Positions 1 to 10,146 of a stretch of DNA of 54,323 nucleotides are shown one piece after another. This DNA comes from Bacteriovoracaceae bacterium (GTDB taxonomy: Bacteria > Bdellovibrionota > Bacteriovoracia > Bacteriovoracales > Bacteriovoracaceae). The stretch spans positions 1 to 54,323 of the forward strand of contig CANHJD010000001.1 of NCBI GenBank assembly GCA_947461145.1. Direction: 5' to 3'. Positions within the stretch are counted from its first letter, which is position 1; each line of letters starts with the position of its first letter. Below the pieces are notes generated by a model, which was not told where the DNA came from, ran no database searches, and was given only the letters and a program-made list of their open reading frames with translations. The translations under genes were made by a program, and so were the position numbers.

Positions 1-5
1 GATTT

Positions 6-128
6 ATGAAAAAACTTAAAAAGTCACGCCCAGCTAAGAAAGCTTCAAAAAACAAGAAGAGCGGAGTTAAATTAAAACGCCTTGCTCGTAAGAAAAAACT
101 TCTTAAAGGTCATAAGAAAGGTGAATAA
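6..128 (+). CDS. Small, highly basic protein (40 aa, MKKLKKSRPAKKASKNKKSGVKLKRLARKKKLLKGHKKGE)
   Basis: Open frame from ATG6 to TAA128, below the ORF-track cutoff. 17 Lys plus 3 Arg, followed at once by a terminator. The true start could lie upstream of the window. Confidence 0.7.
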   Translation: MKKLKKSRPAKKASKNKKSGVKLKRLARKKKLLKGHKKGE

Positions 129-131
129 TCC

Positions 132-158
132 AAAAGGCCCTCGAAAGAGGGCCTTTTT
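132..158 (+). terminator. Intrinsic terminator
   Basis: AAAAGGCCCTC-GAAA-GAGGGCCTTTTT hairpin with U tract. Confidence 0.9.
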
Positions 159-278
159 GTTTGTGCAAAATGTTAAGTCTCTGATTTTTATTTCCGTGTC
201 GGAATTTTGACAATAAAAAATACTAGATATTGTGCTTTAGGTTTGACGGGTCGGTCTTTTGACTGGTTTAATGATTCT

Positions 279-358
279 ATTAACTCTTAAAAAAGATTTT
301 GAAAGAGATTTAATTTCCTGCACACACACATAAAAGCCTCCGAATGGAGGCTTTTTTT
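279..358 (+). ncRNA. Candidate small RNA (~80 nt)
   Basis: TTGACG(243)-N18-TTTAAT(267), preceded by TGn. No ORF. CA-rich stretch followed by a terminator with a 7-U tail on the + strand. Confidence 0.35.
332..358. terminator. Bidirectional intrinsic terminator
   Basis: AAAAGCCTCC-GAAT-GGAGGCTTTTTTT. Confidence 0.85.
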
Positions 359-364
359 ATTTCT

Positions 365-589
365 TCATTCTTGATCTAGTTCCTCTAGGTACTTTTGTTG
401 CTCTTCCTGAAAGGCCTTCCCTTTTTGAAGCTTCTCCATAATTTTCTGACCATCTTCTTCGCTTATTTTTACTTCACTCCCCTGAGCAGGTTTAATAATT
501 GGTGCTTCAACTATTTCCTCTGCTTCTTGGGCAAAAATAGAGGGTGAGAAAATGAGTGTGAGGGCAAATAAATACTTTTTCATATACAC
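365..589 (-). CDS. Small secreted acidic hypothetical protein
   Basis: Signal-peptide-like N-terminus MKKYLFALTLIFSPSIFA; directly downstream of the thioesterase gene. Confidence 0.75.
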   Translation of the reverse strand: MYMKKYLFALTLIFSPSIFAQEAEEIVEAPIIKPAQGSEVKISEEDGQKIMEKLQKGKAFQEEQQKYLEELDQE

Positions 590-592
590 CTC

Positions 593-1090
593 TTATTCAT
601 TTTTTTTGGGCTCAAGTGTTTGCCTAACAGACTTTTTCATTGCGACTCGTTTTTTAGCATTTTCGAATCTTCTTATTTCATCCTCTGTTTCTGGTTTGAG
701 AGTTGGAACCTCAATAGGTTTTCCAAGATCATCCAAGGCCACAAACGTAAGATACGCTTTTGTTGTTGTTCTCGACTCGCCAGTGTAGGGATTTTCTGAC
801 GTAACTTTAACTCCAACAATCATTGAGGTTCGTCCGACAAAATTTAAAGAGGCCTGAATAAGAACGTGGTAGCCAACTTTAATAGGAGCAATAAAATCAA
901 TATCATCAATATGGGCCGTCACTACTGGTCGACCACAATGGCGTGCGGCCACCATCGCAGCAGCGATATCAATCCAGCTCATCACCGTTCCCCCAAAGAC
1001 TGTATTTTGTGGGTTTGTATGATGAGGCATGACCATTTCACGCATTTCAACAGAGGATTCAGTGGGCGTTTTCTCAAGTTTTTTCATCAT
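593..1090 (-). CDS. Acyl-CoA thioesterase (hotdog fold, YciA type)
   Basis: Motifs VMPHHTNPQNTVFGG..MSWIDIAA, VVTAHID.IDF.API, LTFVALD. Confidence 0.92.
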   Translation of the reverse strand: MMKKLEKTPTESSVEMREMVMPHHTNPQNTVFGGTVMSWIDIAAAMVAARHCGRPVVTAHIDDIDFIAPIKVGYHVLIQASLNFVGRTSMIVGVKVTSENPYTGESRTTTKAYLTFVALDDLGKPIEVPTLKPETEDEIRRFENAKKRVAMKKSVRQTLEPKKNE

Positions 1091-1098
1091 TCCTACTT

Positions 1099-4000
1099 TT
1101 AATCATCACAATATAGATGGTGGTTCCAGCGGTAGCCATTCATAAAGGCCATGTAGCCCACAGTAATTGTTCCACCGGCAACTGAAAGTTGTCCATTGTC
1201 TTGTGGGGAGTCTACAATTCCATAATTCTTTTCATTCTGGTTGGTGCTATTTCCCTCAGGTTCAAGTCCAAAAGATCCAAAAGCACCGCCTCGACGTACT
1301 TTTCCGTTTTCACAGTAGGCAACACCAAGAGCAGAAATTTTTTGATTTACACTTGTTAATGTTAGAGGTTCACCAGTTTGTGCATTAAAATCCGTCGAAA
1401 TGAGACCGCCACCAGGCTTATCACTACCTACACCTTCGTTTGAAACTAAGCGGTTAAAGTAAACCATGAGATCCGTCCCCGCTGGAAGAGAGCAAGTATA
1501 ACTTGTACCTGTCGCAGATGCGATGCCATATCCTGAACAGCACTTTGTTTGGCTAGTGGTCGTTTTACCAAGAGGTGTGCAACATTTGAAATCATTTTCA
1601 GAGAAGACTGGTTCGTGATCAACAGCATGCATGTTGGTGTAGTAATCAGTCGTTGATGTTGCAGGATCTGTATAGGCAAAAGAGTAGTTTGTATCCAAAG
1701 TGAAATCATCTTCCTTAAGATCAGGGAAACCAGTCTTCTTAAAGAGACCAGGGACAATTCTTTTTGAATTATCACTACAAGTAAGTGGTTGGTAGGTGAT
1801 TTGAGGAATACCTGTGAGTTCAAATTTTCCAAGCCGTTTGAGATAGTGATAGGCCGTTCCTGGCTTCTTTCTTGTTAATGTTGGATAGCTGGCGGCTCCA
1901 GCAGGGAGAGCGTTAATAAGTTGAATAGCGAATTTTTTTCCGGCAAAGCTTGTTGGTCCATAGCTACCAGTATATTTAGGAACTACTTTAAGGATTCGCG
2001 TTGCTCTTTTGTAATAATAGCAACATTCTGCACCAGAAACAGGATTACAGTAAGTGCTTCCTGCACCATCTTGAGTAGGTAGTGTAATATTATTTGTTTC
2101 ATCTCTCTTCTCACAAACTGATCCAGTATTATCCGGATCTGCCATGTCAAACATTCTTACCCATGTTGCCCCAGAGCCAAAAGTGGAGCCTGCACTTGCT
2201 CCAACTCCTAGAGTCATCAGTGCTTCTGGATCATCCCAACTTTTTCTTGTAATAAAGCTTGGGATCTTTATAGTGATATTTCGTCTGCCCGATGTTTTCG
2301 CGTAATCCACGTAGGTGTCAGGATCACTATCAGCACTCTTTGGGTCAAAGTAGTAATCGCTCATCGACGAGAAAGGGTTACCCTTAGAGCGAAAATGTGT
2401 GCCATTTACAGCTGTCCAAGACTTGATAGTGTCAACCGTACGGTTCGGATCAGTTAATGAATCACTAATAGTATATTGAGCACAACTGCCTTTGGTTGCG
2501 GTTAAGTCTTTACAATAGTCACCATAGTCTTGATTGGCGAGAGTTTGTGCGTCTCCTGCAGAATCATATTCACCAGCCACATCAGATGGAGTTGTAATCA
2601 TGACTGAGCGAGAGTTTATACAAGCGAAGTTTCTCACATCAATAAAAAGTCTGTCTCTCTTCGTCCAATCATTTGAGCCATCAGAAAATTTACGAATCCA
2701 TCCACCACCACAGCAAGATTCTGAGTTTGCTTCATTAAGAGTCTTCCATTGGTTTTCAGTCATGACGTTAACATTATCTTTAGGATCCAAAGCAAGGCCA
2801 ATTCCCAATCGGTCTTGATAAGCACTAAGGGGAGGTCTCTCACTTGGAATGGTAGGTGTAGGAGATTTAAGATTTTCTACAGTAGCAAGTCTTGAGTAAC
2901 GGTTGGGATCATTCGGTTTCATGCCAGGGGCAAGAGTCATATTAAGGTTAAAAGAAACCTTATTATAGGAGTCATTTAAAAGATTTGTGTCTTCGTTTTC
3001 AGTACGAACAACCTTAACTTTTAGAGGAATATTGGCAGTGTAGGTTGTCAGATCACTTCCAACTTCACGACAGCAAACATTTTTATTCATGTTGTAGTTT
3101 TTGTAGTTTGTCGTATCAAATGGAGAAGGCTTGGCATCCCCCTGACCACAGACGAGATACTCAGAGTGAAATTTCTTTTCCGCTTCATTTCCAAAATAGG
3201 CCAGGGAGAAATTATCAGTCTGATCCGCATGCATTTTATTTGGTGAACAATCAAGATCTGTATGGCAAACCTGGCCTGCACGACGAAGGCAAGCATCCCT
3301 TACAAGAGTAGGTTCAAAGACAGTTTGATTCGCTAATGTCTTGCCTTGAATGGCCCGGAAAGGGGAGTAAGGGAGGAGCGTCTCTGAATTGCCTTCTGTA
3401 TTAGTAGTAACATTTGCACTAGTTAAAAGAGCATCTAGCCCACAGGAATTTTGATTCCTCGCTCTCTCAGAATAATCAGCCGGATTATAGGCCGTTACAA
3501 ATTCATAATCACCTGTTGAATTTATCACTGGACATGATGAGTAGCGATGAGATGTGAATAGACTTGAATTACAACCACCTATTTGATTGATATAATCAGT
3601 TCTGCCTGAGGAGTCTGCATTCTTGTGCTGCTCAAATGGGTTAGACATTGTTCCCTGGTTTGAAATCGAAGGAACTGCCTTTCCTGGACGGCAAAGACCT
3701 GTAACACTTGTCGCTGAGGTTTCATATTGGATCATGTTTTGAATTAAGTTAGTTCTGACGTCACCTGGTAGAGTGGTCGTTAAACTTGAAGCCGTATAAC
3801 TTAATGGACGTCCAAGGACATTTGCATCCTTGCCGAAATAATGATTACGACTGACTGGAATTTCTTCAAGCGTTGCCCCATATCTCGCGACTTTAGAATT
3901 AAAAACGGCTGAGGCTGAATTGACATTAGCGCAATAAAAATTTGGAGCACAGGTGAGAGTTTTTCTTTTATTCGCGTCAGTAATGCCGCCAGAAGTTTGA

Positions 4001-6357
4001 TTACAAATTGCTCCTGCCCCACGGTAAATACAACGCTTAGTCGATGAAGAAGGAAATCTTTCTTGATGAAGGATTTGATCTAGTGTGAGTAAGCGCGAAT
4101 CATTGGCGACTTCCTTGCCGTTAACGTCAAAGCTAGGCCACTTGGTTTTAATGTCCTGAACATTGGCGCACATATATTCCCAACCAAGCTTTGTCACACA
4201 ATCGGTATCTGTTGAGCACATATGGTTAGCTTGGCAGTTTCCGGCTTCATTTTGATAAGGATGAGAGAGGTGATATTGAGGATCATAATCAACTTCTGGG
4301 GCCACCGTCACACCATCGTAGTCTTGAATATTTACAACATGTAAAGTTGGGGATGCAAGATCAGCGAAAGGTGCATTTATGGCGAGGAATAACTTTTTAG
4401 TTTTTGCTCTGACAATTCTGCCTTTACCAATGGCAAACCAAGAAACTCCATCGAATGATCCTATCAGGGCACCTTTATTAAAGCCGAACCAGTCTCTTTG
4501 GTAGCCGTTAGCATAGAGTGCCGCTTGAGTTTTAAGACGAGTGAGTCTTTGTGTCTGAGTTGTTGCTGCTGGATGATGCGAGTAAGGAAGCATTGTTGGT
4601 GGAATCCAACAGGCGCGACCGAAGATCGTATCTTCGTAATTTCCACCAGTGGAGTTATAGTCATAACTGTCCCTCCTGGTGGAGTGTCCTACGGTCTGTA
4701 GTCCTGTTCCGTAAGAAGTTGTTGGGTAAGGAGAAAATGTAGAAAACCAAGAGTCTTTTCCGCAGCTCGGACAAGGATTATAAACTCCAGAGGTCGTAGA
4801 AATTTGGTAAACATGATCAATTTCTACTTCTACCATTTTTGCAGGTAGGGCCTTGTCTAGAGAGACATTCATCTGGCCTAAGATAGAATTCATCCCAAAG
4901 TTTTCTTGATAGGGAAGAACCTTTCCCTCATCTTGATATTCAAAAACATCACCTTCTTGATTGTCCCCAGTCGTACAAGGTGTCGTTGAGCCAAATTCAT
5001 CTCCGCAAGTCCTAAAGTAGCGATGAGGAGCAGATTTTGAATTTACCGAAACTGTTCGTTGAGACGGGATTGCCCCGGCCTGAGTCGGTGGGGTAAAACA
5101 ATCAATACGGTTTGGAAGACCAGAATTTTCTATATAATTTACGCTATACTCGTAATTAGGACAGTAAGTGATCATATCATTTATATTTGTTTTAGAGCAT
5201 CCACAGTTCTGGTAGAGCCTTTCAATCACTTTTTGATAGTACATATTTGAGTTAGGATCAACATTGTTTCGGCACTCTATATCTGTTGGATAAAGTGTTG
5301 AAGCATTGCTGGCAACATCTGGAATGTCCAAATCATCTGGGAAAAAATTTAGTCCGGAAAGTATATCAAGATGAAAGGTCGTTCCGGTTTTATATTTCTT
5401 CATGTGCTCGACACAAAAATAATCTTTCTTAAGCTGAGTTAGCCCTTGAACATAAGAAGAATTGTTTGAGTCATCGCCATTGGTGGCAACGGAACTTCCG
5501 CATATGTAGTAAAGGTGTGGATAGTTTAAATACGCCAGTGGATTATTAAGTTTTTCCTGTTCGGCCGAAAGGTATTGCGAGGAATAAAGAGTTGTGGCCG
5601 CAGGACGAGCGGCTCCATTAGTGATACATTGGTTGTCTAGGCAACAATCATATCCTCGGCTCACGCAATCAGTTTGTGAGCATGTTCCAGTATTTGTGTT
5701 TGAGAAGTTATTTGGATCAACCAATAGACTTAGTGAATTGATATCCACCTGCGAGAGTGGAAGTTCTTTTAGTGAAGCACCATCTTTTTTAAAAAAGAGT
5801 AGCTTGCCAGAGGTCAGGATACTTGTGCAATTTGTACAAATAAGGCTTGGGTTATGAGTAGATGAGGCAATGGGGATTGGGTTGGAAATATAATTTCCAT
5901 TGGCATCAAGAACCTGGAGAGCTGCACTTCCACAAATACTCTGTGAATTTGCCAGGTCGTTAAAATCGACGCGAAAAAGTTTCACAATTTTTTTTGCTGT
6001 GAAATCATAGTAGGAGACTGGCACCGCTCGAGTTCTTAGCTCATATGTCAAACCATTCAAAGGGTAGCGACTAATTAAGCAATACTCTTGAGTAAAATTT
6101 CCTGTTGTTGAAAGAAAGCTCGCAATGTCCTTACCCATAATGTAGGAGTTATTTAAGTTCGAGACATTAATAGTGATTGATTTAGAAAGTGTCCCAAGAA
6201 AATTCCATTGTGTAGACATGCTCTCTTGAGTCGATGTACCACTTCCAGAGCCCGAAGTTGTTTGTGATGTTCCTTCAGATAAATTGGCCGTACCAACCTG
6301 GGATTCAGGAAGGCATGAGACTAAAAAGATTAGAAGCAGTAGGTACCTAACATCCAT
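1099..6357 (-). CDS. Very large cysteine-rich lipoprotein (1752 aa), unknown function
   Basis: Long ORF; lipobox-like LVSC after a hydrophobic stretch; Ser/Gly/Thr linker; many Cys clusters. Confidence 0.85.
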   Translation of the reverse strand: MDVRYLLLLIFLVSCLPESQVGTANLSEGTSQTTSGSGSGTSTQESMSTQWNFLGTLSKSITINVSNLNNSYIMGKDIASFLSTTGNFTQEYCLISRYPLNGLTYELRTRAVPVSYYDFTAKKIVKLFRVDFNDLANSQSICGSAALQVLDANGNYISNPIPIASSTHNPSLICTNCTSILTSGKLLFFKKDGASLKELPLSQVDINSLSLLVDPNNFSNTNTGTCSQTDCVSRGYDCCLDNQCITNGAARPAATTLYSSQYLSAEQEKLNNPLAYLNYPHLYYICGSSVATNGDDSNNSSYVQGLTQLKKDYFCVEHMKKYKTGTTFHLDILSGLNFFPDDLDIPDVASNASTLYPTDIECRNNVDPNSNMYYQKVIERLYQNCGCSKTNINDMITYCPNYEYSVNYIENSGLPNRIDCFTPPTQAGAIPSQRTVSVNSKSAPHRYFRTCGDEFGSTTPCTTGDNQEGDVFEYQDEGKVLPYQENFGMNSILGQMNVSLDKALPAKMVEVEIDHVYQISTTSGVYNPCPSCGKDSWFSTFSPYPTTSYGTGLQTVGHSTRRDSYDYNSTGGNYEDTIFGRACWIPPTMLPYSHHPAATTQTQRLTRLKTQAALYANGYQRDWFGFNKGALIGSFDGVSWFAIGKGRIVRAKTKKLFLAINAPFADLASPTLHVVNIQDYDGVTVAPEVDYDPQYHLSHPYQNEAGNCQANHMCSTDTDCVTKLGWEYMCANVQDIKTKWPSFDVNGKEVANDSRLLTLDQILHQERFPSSSTKRCIYRGAGAICNQTSGGITDANKRKTLTCAPNFYCANVNSASAVFNSKVARYGATLEEIPVSRNHYFGKDANVLGRPLSYTASSLTTTLPGDVRTNLIQNMIQYETSATSVTGLCRPGKAVPSISNQGTMSNPFEQHKNADSSGRTDYINQIGGCNSSLFTSHRYSSCPVINSTGDYEFVTAYNPADYSERARNQNSCGLDALLTSANVTTNTEGNSETLLPYSPFRAIQGKTLANQTVFEPTLVRDACLRRAGQVCHTDLDCSPNKMHADQTDNFSLAYFGNEAEKKFHSEYLVCGQGDAKPSPFDTTNYKNYNMNKNVCCREVGSDLTTYTANIPLKVKVVRTENEDTNLLNDSYNKVSFNLNMTLAPGMKPNDPNRYSRLATVENLKSPTPTIPSERPPLSAYQDRLGIGLALDPKDNVNVMTENQWKTLNEANSESCCGGGWIRKFSDGSNDWTKRDRLFIDVRNFACINSRSVMITTPSDVAGEYDSAGDAQTLANQDYGDYCKDLTATKGSCAQYTISDSLTDPNRTVDTIKSWTAVNGTHFRSKGNPFSSMSDYYFDPKSADSDPDTYVDYAKTSGRRNITIKIPSFITRKSWDDPEALMTLGVGASAGSTFGSGATWVRMFDMADPDNTGSVCEKRDETNNITLPTQDGAGSTYCNPVSGAECCYYYKRATRILKVVPKYTGSYGPTSFAGKKFAIQLINALPAGAASYPTLTRKKPGTAYHYLKRLGKFELTGIPQITYQPLTCSDNSKRIVPGLFKKTGFPDLKEDDFTLDTNYSFAYTDPATSTTDYYTNMHAVDHEPVFSENDFKCCTPLGKTTTSQTKCCSGYGIASATGTSYTCSLPAGTDLMVYFNRLVSNEGVGSDKPGGGLISTDFNAQTGEPLTLTSVNQKISALGVAYCENGKVRRGGAFGSFGLEPEGNSTNQNEKNYGIVDSPQDNGQLSVAGGTITVGYMAFMNGYRWNHHLYCDD

Positions 6358-6380
6358 GTGTACAGTTTTCCTCTTCTCAT

Positions 6381-6408
6381 TTTTCGGATTTTCACAGGTT
6401 TATCTTAA
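6381..6408 (-). promoter_or_regulatory. sigma28/FliA-type promoter
   Basis: Minus strand TTAAG-N15-TCCGAAAA, just upstream of the 1752-aa gene. Confidence 0.55.
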
Positions 6409-6534
6409 TTTTATGAGCATTCTGGGAAATATCTGCCCAGATCATTTCAAATGAACGTAACTATCTGAATTCATATATGGTTTCTTGGGTAGGATGGTAT
6501 ACCATTTATAGAAGTTGCCTTGAAAAGTCGTCAA

Positions 6535-8475
6535 TTACCATCCAACTGGAGAGTTGAAATGGGAAGAACTGCTAAAGCTATAAGGCGCAAAGGTGCTTGA
6601 AGAGTTGAGAGAGGAGTAAGGTTGAAGTCCTGGGGTTGAATAGTAGTTACCAAAACCATTCATCACATATGGTGCCATGATTTGAGTCGAAATATCATAG
6701 GACACTGGAGGCTGAGTATATGGGAAAATAGGAGCGTAGGGATTTGAGTTCATCATTGGTTGCGGAGTCATGTAACCCGCTAAACTTTGCAGAACTGAAG
6801 TTCCAAAATTAACATAATCCTGCGCGACTCTATTTCTTGATTCTGGTTTTACTGATGCCACGTATGTGTCTTGATTCACCTTTTTCTTTTTCTTTGGATC
6901 ATCTTCTGCAAGCTCACAGAGTTCTGAGCTGAAGGGAACTTTTTCAGCTGATTCGACACAAATACTACTTATATTTGTATTCTCTTTTGGTTTTTCAAAA
7001 ATATGAATGATGTCTTCAGTTTCTGCGGCAAGAACGATCGCTTCTTTTGGAAGAGTTCCAATTTCTGGAGGGCATTCCATGATATTTGTTTCAGTGGAAT
7101 TCATGCATTGGCCGGAATGGAGTTTTTCCAAAGCATAATTTCTAAAGCTGATGAGATCTGGACTCGTTTGAAGATGTTTTGCTTTTAGAGCTGTTAAATA
7201 TTGAGCCTTATCCATTAACTCAACAACTTGAGTAGATATAATCCCTTCGCAATCTTTCGGATAAGTTAGTGATGCATCTGGAATGCAACTTTTTTGATGC
7301 TCGCTAAGATTAGAGAGTTGCTTCTCCCCATACCTAAATTCCTCTTTCAGATCGGAAAGGATACTTTTATCTAGCTGGGGTAATTTGTCGCTTTTTGAAA
7401 TCAAATCGAGACACTCTTCTATAGGGACCTCTAAATTTCGAGCCTGGAGGCATTTATCTGAAGAAGCTTCAGGGATATCACTATGCTTACTAAGAAGAAG
7501 CGAAACTTTGCTTTTAAGTTCCCATTCATGGCGTTTTTTTAGATCTCCGAGGTAACTACCGAATCGATTTGGGATATCTTGGGCCTTGATTAATTTTTCT
7601 GATCCTTTTAGCTCTTTCATTGATTTTGTCAAATTTTGTATAAAATCAAAACGAGGATCAGAATTAATCAGAGTGAGTTCTTTAATTTTTTGTAAATCCT
7701 CGGGGGATAAAACTCCGTTTGCCTGAAGCCCTTTTAGCTCTGAAGCAAGTTTACGATAGCTATATTTATTCTCACTGTTGGGGAACTCGCCACCACGCTG
7801 GACGTAGAGTGCATCGTTGAGTAATCTGACCTGTCGTTTATCAAATTTTTTCTCTGTTCCCTTTCCAATGGTCACGAAGTCATTCAATTCTTTGTAGGTC
7901 TCAGGAGTAAAAACAAAGTTTTTACAAACTGTATCTCCCTGCGTTTCCATTTCTGCACAATGTTTTCTAATCAGCCCAGCGAAACTTCCCATGTCGACCC
8001 ATCCCACTGGGTCCTTGGCAATTTTGGAAAGAATATTTTCTCCGCTTGCGCTGTTCGTCCCAAGAAATAACTCTAAAGAAGTCGCTATATTAAGGCTCGC
8101 AATAAAATTCTGAGAAGCCTCTTTGGCGATCTCTGGGTTTTTGGTATTTTTTAGAACCTCTGCGCCGTCTTTGATCTCTGTCTTTACACTTTCGATCCCC
8201 TTGAGTAGGGCAATTTCATTTTCAATGGATTTCAGCTGAAGCTCAATGCTCGAAAAATCTTTGCATCGATAATCATATTTTTCATCAAAACCAATAAAAT
8301 CTTTAGGAAGACCGAAATCTTTGACTGGGTCTAGTTGATCGCAATTAGGTCCAAAGCGCTTTGATTGTATCGATTTTTCTAAATCTTCAGCGATTTTTTT
8401 TAATCGATTACAGTCCGGAGCTGCCGCTTCGGCCATAAGATAGGGGATAGTTAGAAATAACAATAAAAAACGCAT
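6535..8475 (-). CDS. Secreted hypothetical protein with Cys pairs and a Pro/Tyr/Ser-rich tail
   Basis: Signal peptide MRFLLLFLTIPYLMAEA; ATG 8475 preferred to TTG 8484. Confidence 0.8.
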   Translation of the reverse strand: MRFLLLFLTIPYLMAEAAAPDCNRLKKIAEDLEKSIQSKRFGPNCDQLDPVKDFGLPKDFIGFDEKYDYRCKDFSSIELQLKSIENEIALLKGIESVKTEIKDGAEVLKNTKNPEIAKEASQNFIASLNIATSLELFLGTNSASGENILSKIAKDPVGWVDMGSFAGLIRKHCAEMETQGDTVCKNFVFTPETYKELNDFVTIGKGTEKKFDKRQVRLLNDALYVQRGGEFPNSENKYSYRKLASELKGLQANGVLSPEDLQKIKELTLINSDPRFDFIQNLTKSMKELKGSEKLIKAQDIPNRFGSYLGDLKKRHEWELKSKVSLLLSKHSDIPEASSDKCLQARNLEVPIEECLDLISKSDKLPQLDKSILSDLKEEFRYGEKQLSNLSEHQKSCIPDASLTYPKDCEGIISTQVVELMDKAQYLTALKAKHLQTSPDLISFRNYALEKLHSGQCMNSTETNIMECPPEIGTLPKEAIVLAAETEDIIHIFEKPKENTNISSICVESAEKVPFSSELCELAEDDPKKKKKVNQDTYVASVKPESRNRVAQDYVNFGTSVLQSLAGYMTPQPMMNSNPYAPIFPYTQPPVSYDISTQIMAPYVMNGFGNYYSTPGLQPYSSLNSSSTFAPYSFSSSSHFNSPVGW

Positions 8476-8484
8476 ACTTCTCAA

Positions 8485-8512
8485 GTATCGGTTGATTGGC
8501 CGAAAACATTTA
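8485..8512 (-). promoter_or_regulatory. sigma28/FliA-type promoter
   Basis: Minus strand TAAAT-N15-ACCGATAC. Confidence 0.5.
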
Positions 8513-8518
8513 ATTGTT

Positions 8519-9613
8519 TTAGCCGTGGCCAGAACTCATGAAAACTTCATCATAGTTGATGAACTTTTGAGAATCCTGAAGGGATAGAAAATAGTCTTCT
8601 GTTAATTTCATGGTTTCATCAAGGTTTTGGCTGGTAAATATTTGAGATCTGAAAGAAGCCGCATGTGGAAAGCCGGCAGCGAACCATACAATAAGTTTTC
8701 TTAGCTGAACGAGTATAGTTCTTTCTTCTGGAAAAGTGTTGGTGATATAGAAGTATAGCCGATTAATCACTTCCCAATAATCTTTGCCATGAAATTGCGA
8801 TCGCTTTTGAGAGGCATAGCTTGGATCAAGAGACTCTAAAAAGATGAAGGGATTTCTCAATGCACCTCTTGCAATCATAAGCGCATCGCATTTTGTTTTT
8901 TGAAGTCGTTCTGAAACTCCAAATGGATGATGAAGATCTCCGTTTCCAATGAGAGGAAGTTTTTTTATTTCATTCAGGTTCTCGATGAAACTCCAATCTG
9001 CAAGACCTGTGTACTGCTGAGTCCGTGTACGTCCATGAATCGCGACCCATTCAATCCCACTCTCTTGTGCAATTTTTAGAATCTCGCCGGCATTTAAGGA
9101 ATTAGCATCCCACCCAGTTCTGATCTTGATTGAGAGAGGAATTTTTATCTGACTTCGAACTTTCTCAAAAAGTGGAGCTAGTGCCTGAATTTCTCTCATA
9201 AGAGCCGAGCCACCGCCCTTGGACACAACCTTATTTACTGGGCATCCCATATTGATATCAAGAAATTTTGGTCCATAAGTTTCGGCTACAGCTGCTGCGC
9301 GGGCCATGGCTTCAGGATCTTCTCCAAATAGTTGAATCCCTACATTTTTTTCAAGTGGATCAATCTTGAGCATTTCCAGTGTGCGCTGGTTGCCATAATT
9401 AATTCCATGGCAAGAAATGAGTTCTGAAACTGTTCCGCCCGCACCAAGATCTTCCATTAGTAATCTGAAGGGCATATTACAGATTCCGGCCATAGGGGCC
9501 AGAAGTAGCTTTGAGGAAAAATTGATTTTGCCCAATGTCATTGGAGCTGAAAAAGATTGAAACTTTTCGATCTTAGCGGTCAGTTCAGGGGTAAACGGGA
9601 CTGGTTTTTTCAT
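8519..9613 (-). CDS. dusB: tRNA-dihydrouridine synthase (DusB family)
   Basis: LAPMAG, GIQLFG, DINMGCP, KIRTGW, HGRTR.Q.Y.G.ADW, GNGD motifs. Confidence 0.9.
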   Translation of the reverse strand: MKKPVPFTPELTAKIEKFQSFSAPMTLGKINFSSKLLLAPMAGICNMPFRLLMEDLGAGGTVSELISCHGINYGNQRTLEMLKIDPLEKNVGIQLFGEDPEAMARAAAVAETYGPKFLDINMGCPVNKVVSKGGGSALMREIQALAPLFEKVRSQIKIPLSIKIRTGWDANSLNAGEILKIAQESGIEWVAIHGRTRTQQYTGLADWSFIENLNEIKKLPLIGNGDLHHPFGVSERLQKTKCDALMIARGALRNPFIFLESLDPSYASQKRSQFHGKDYWEVINRLYFYITNTFPEERTILVQLRKLIVWFAAGFPHAASFRSQIFTSQNLDETMKLTEDYFLSLQDSQKFINYDEVFMSSGHG

Positions 9614-9744
9614 AAAATCTATTTAAGCGAAGGATCCTGAAGTTGCAATTAGTTATTAGATTTTTTCATACTCGAAGGACTTGCCTTAGAGTTTTTATCA
9701 GTCTATCTTCGGTTGGTATTAATTTTAGCTACTTGGGAGATTTT

Positions 9745-10140
9745 ATGAAAATCATTTCAACGCTTCTAGTTCTATTTTCTTTAACTGCTTTTGCTGATGA
9801 AACATGCAATACGACTAAATATGATTTTAGAATCACAAATAGTTATATTGAAGTAGATGGAAATGGTGATCACTATAAAATGCATTACGATGAGGTAAGA
9901 TCCCTCAGCAGACGTAGTCTTTCAGATTTTAAAACTCTCCTAAATTCACTTTCTGATGAAACTAACACGGACGAGCCTCTTTCTATTGATGAAGCCTCTC
10001 TTATTGAAAGATTTTCTTTAACTGTGGCAGACGATAAGATTGATCTTTTAGGAATTATGTATGCCAAAGGCTATGCAAAATCTGGTCTCATTGTTGCCCG
10101 TTACATGGTCACTGATGGTGGAGCTTACCGCTGTCGATAG
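9745..10140 (+). CDS. Secreted hypothetical protein
   Basis: GGAG RBS before ATG 9745; signal peptide MKIISTLLVLFSLTAFA. Confidence 0.75.
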   Translation: MKIISTLLVLFSLTAFADETCNTTKYDFRITNSYIEVDGNGDHYKMHYDEVRSLSRRSLSDFKTLLNSLSDETNTDEPLSIDEASLIERFSLTVADDKIDLLGIMYAKGYAKSGLIVARYMVTDGGAYRCR

Positions 10141-10146
10141 ACTTTA

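Noticed and set aside
321-330. (CA)5 as a phase-variation tract
   Set aside because: Too short and not within a CDS or promoter spacer
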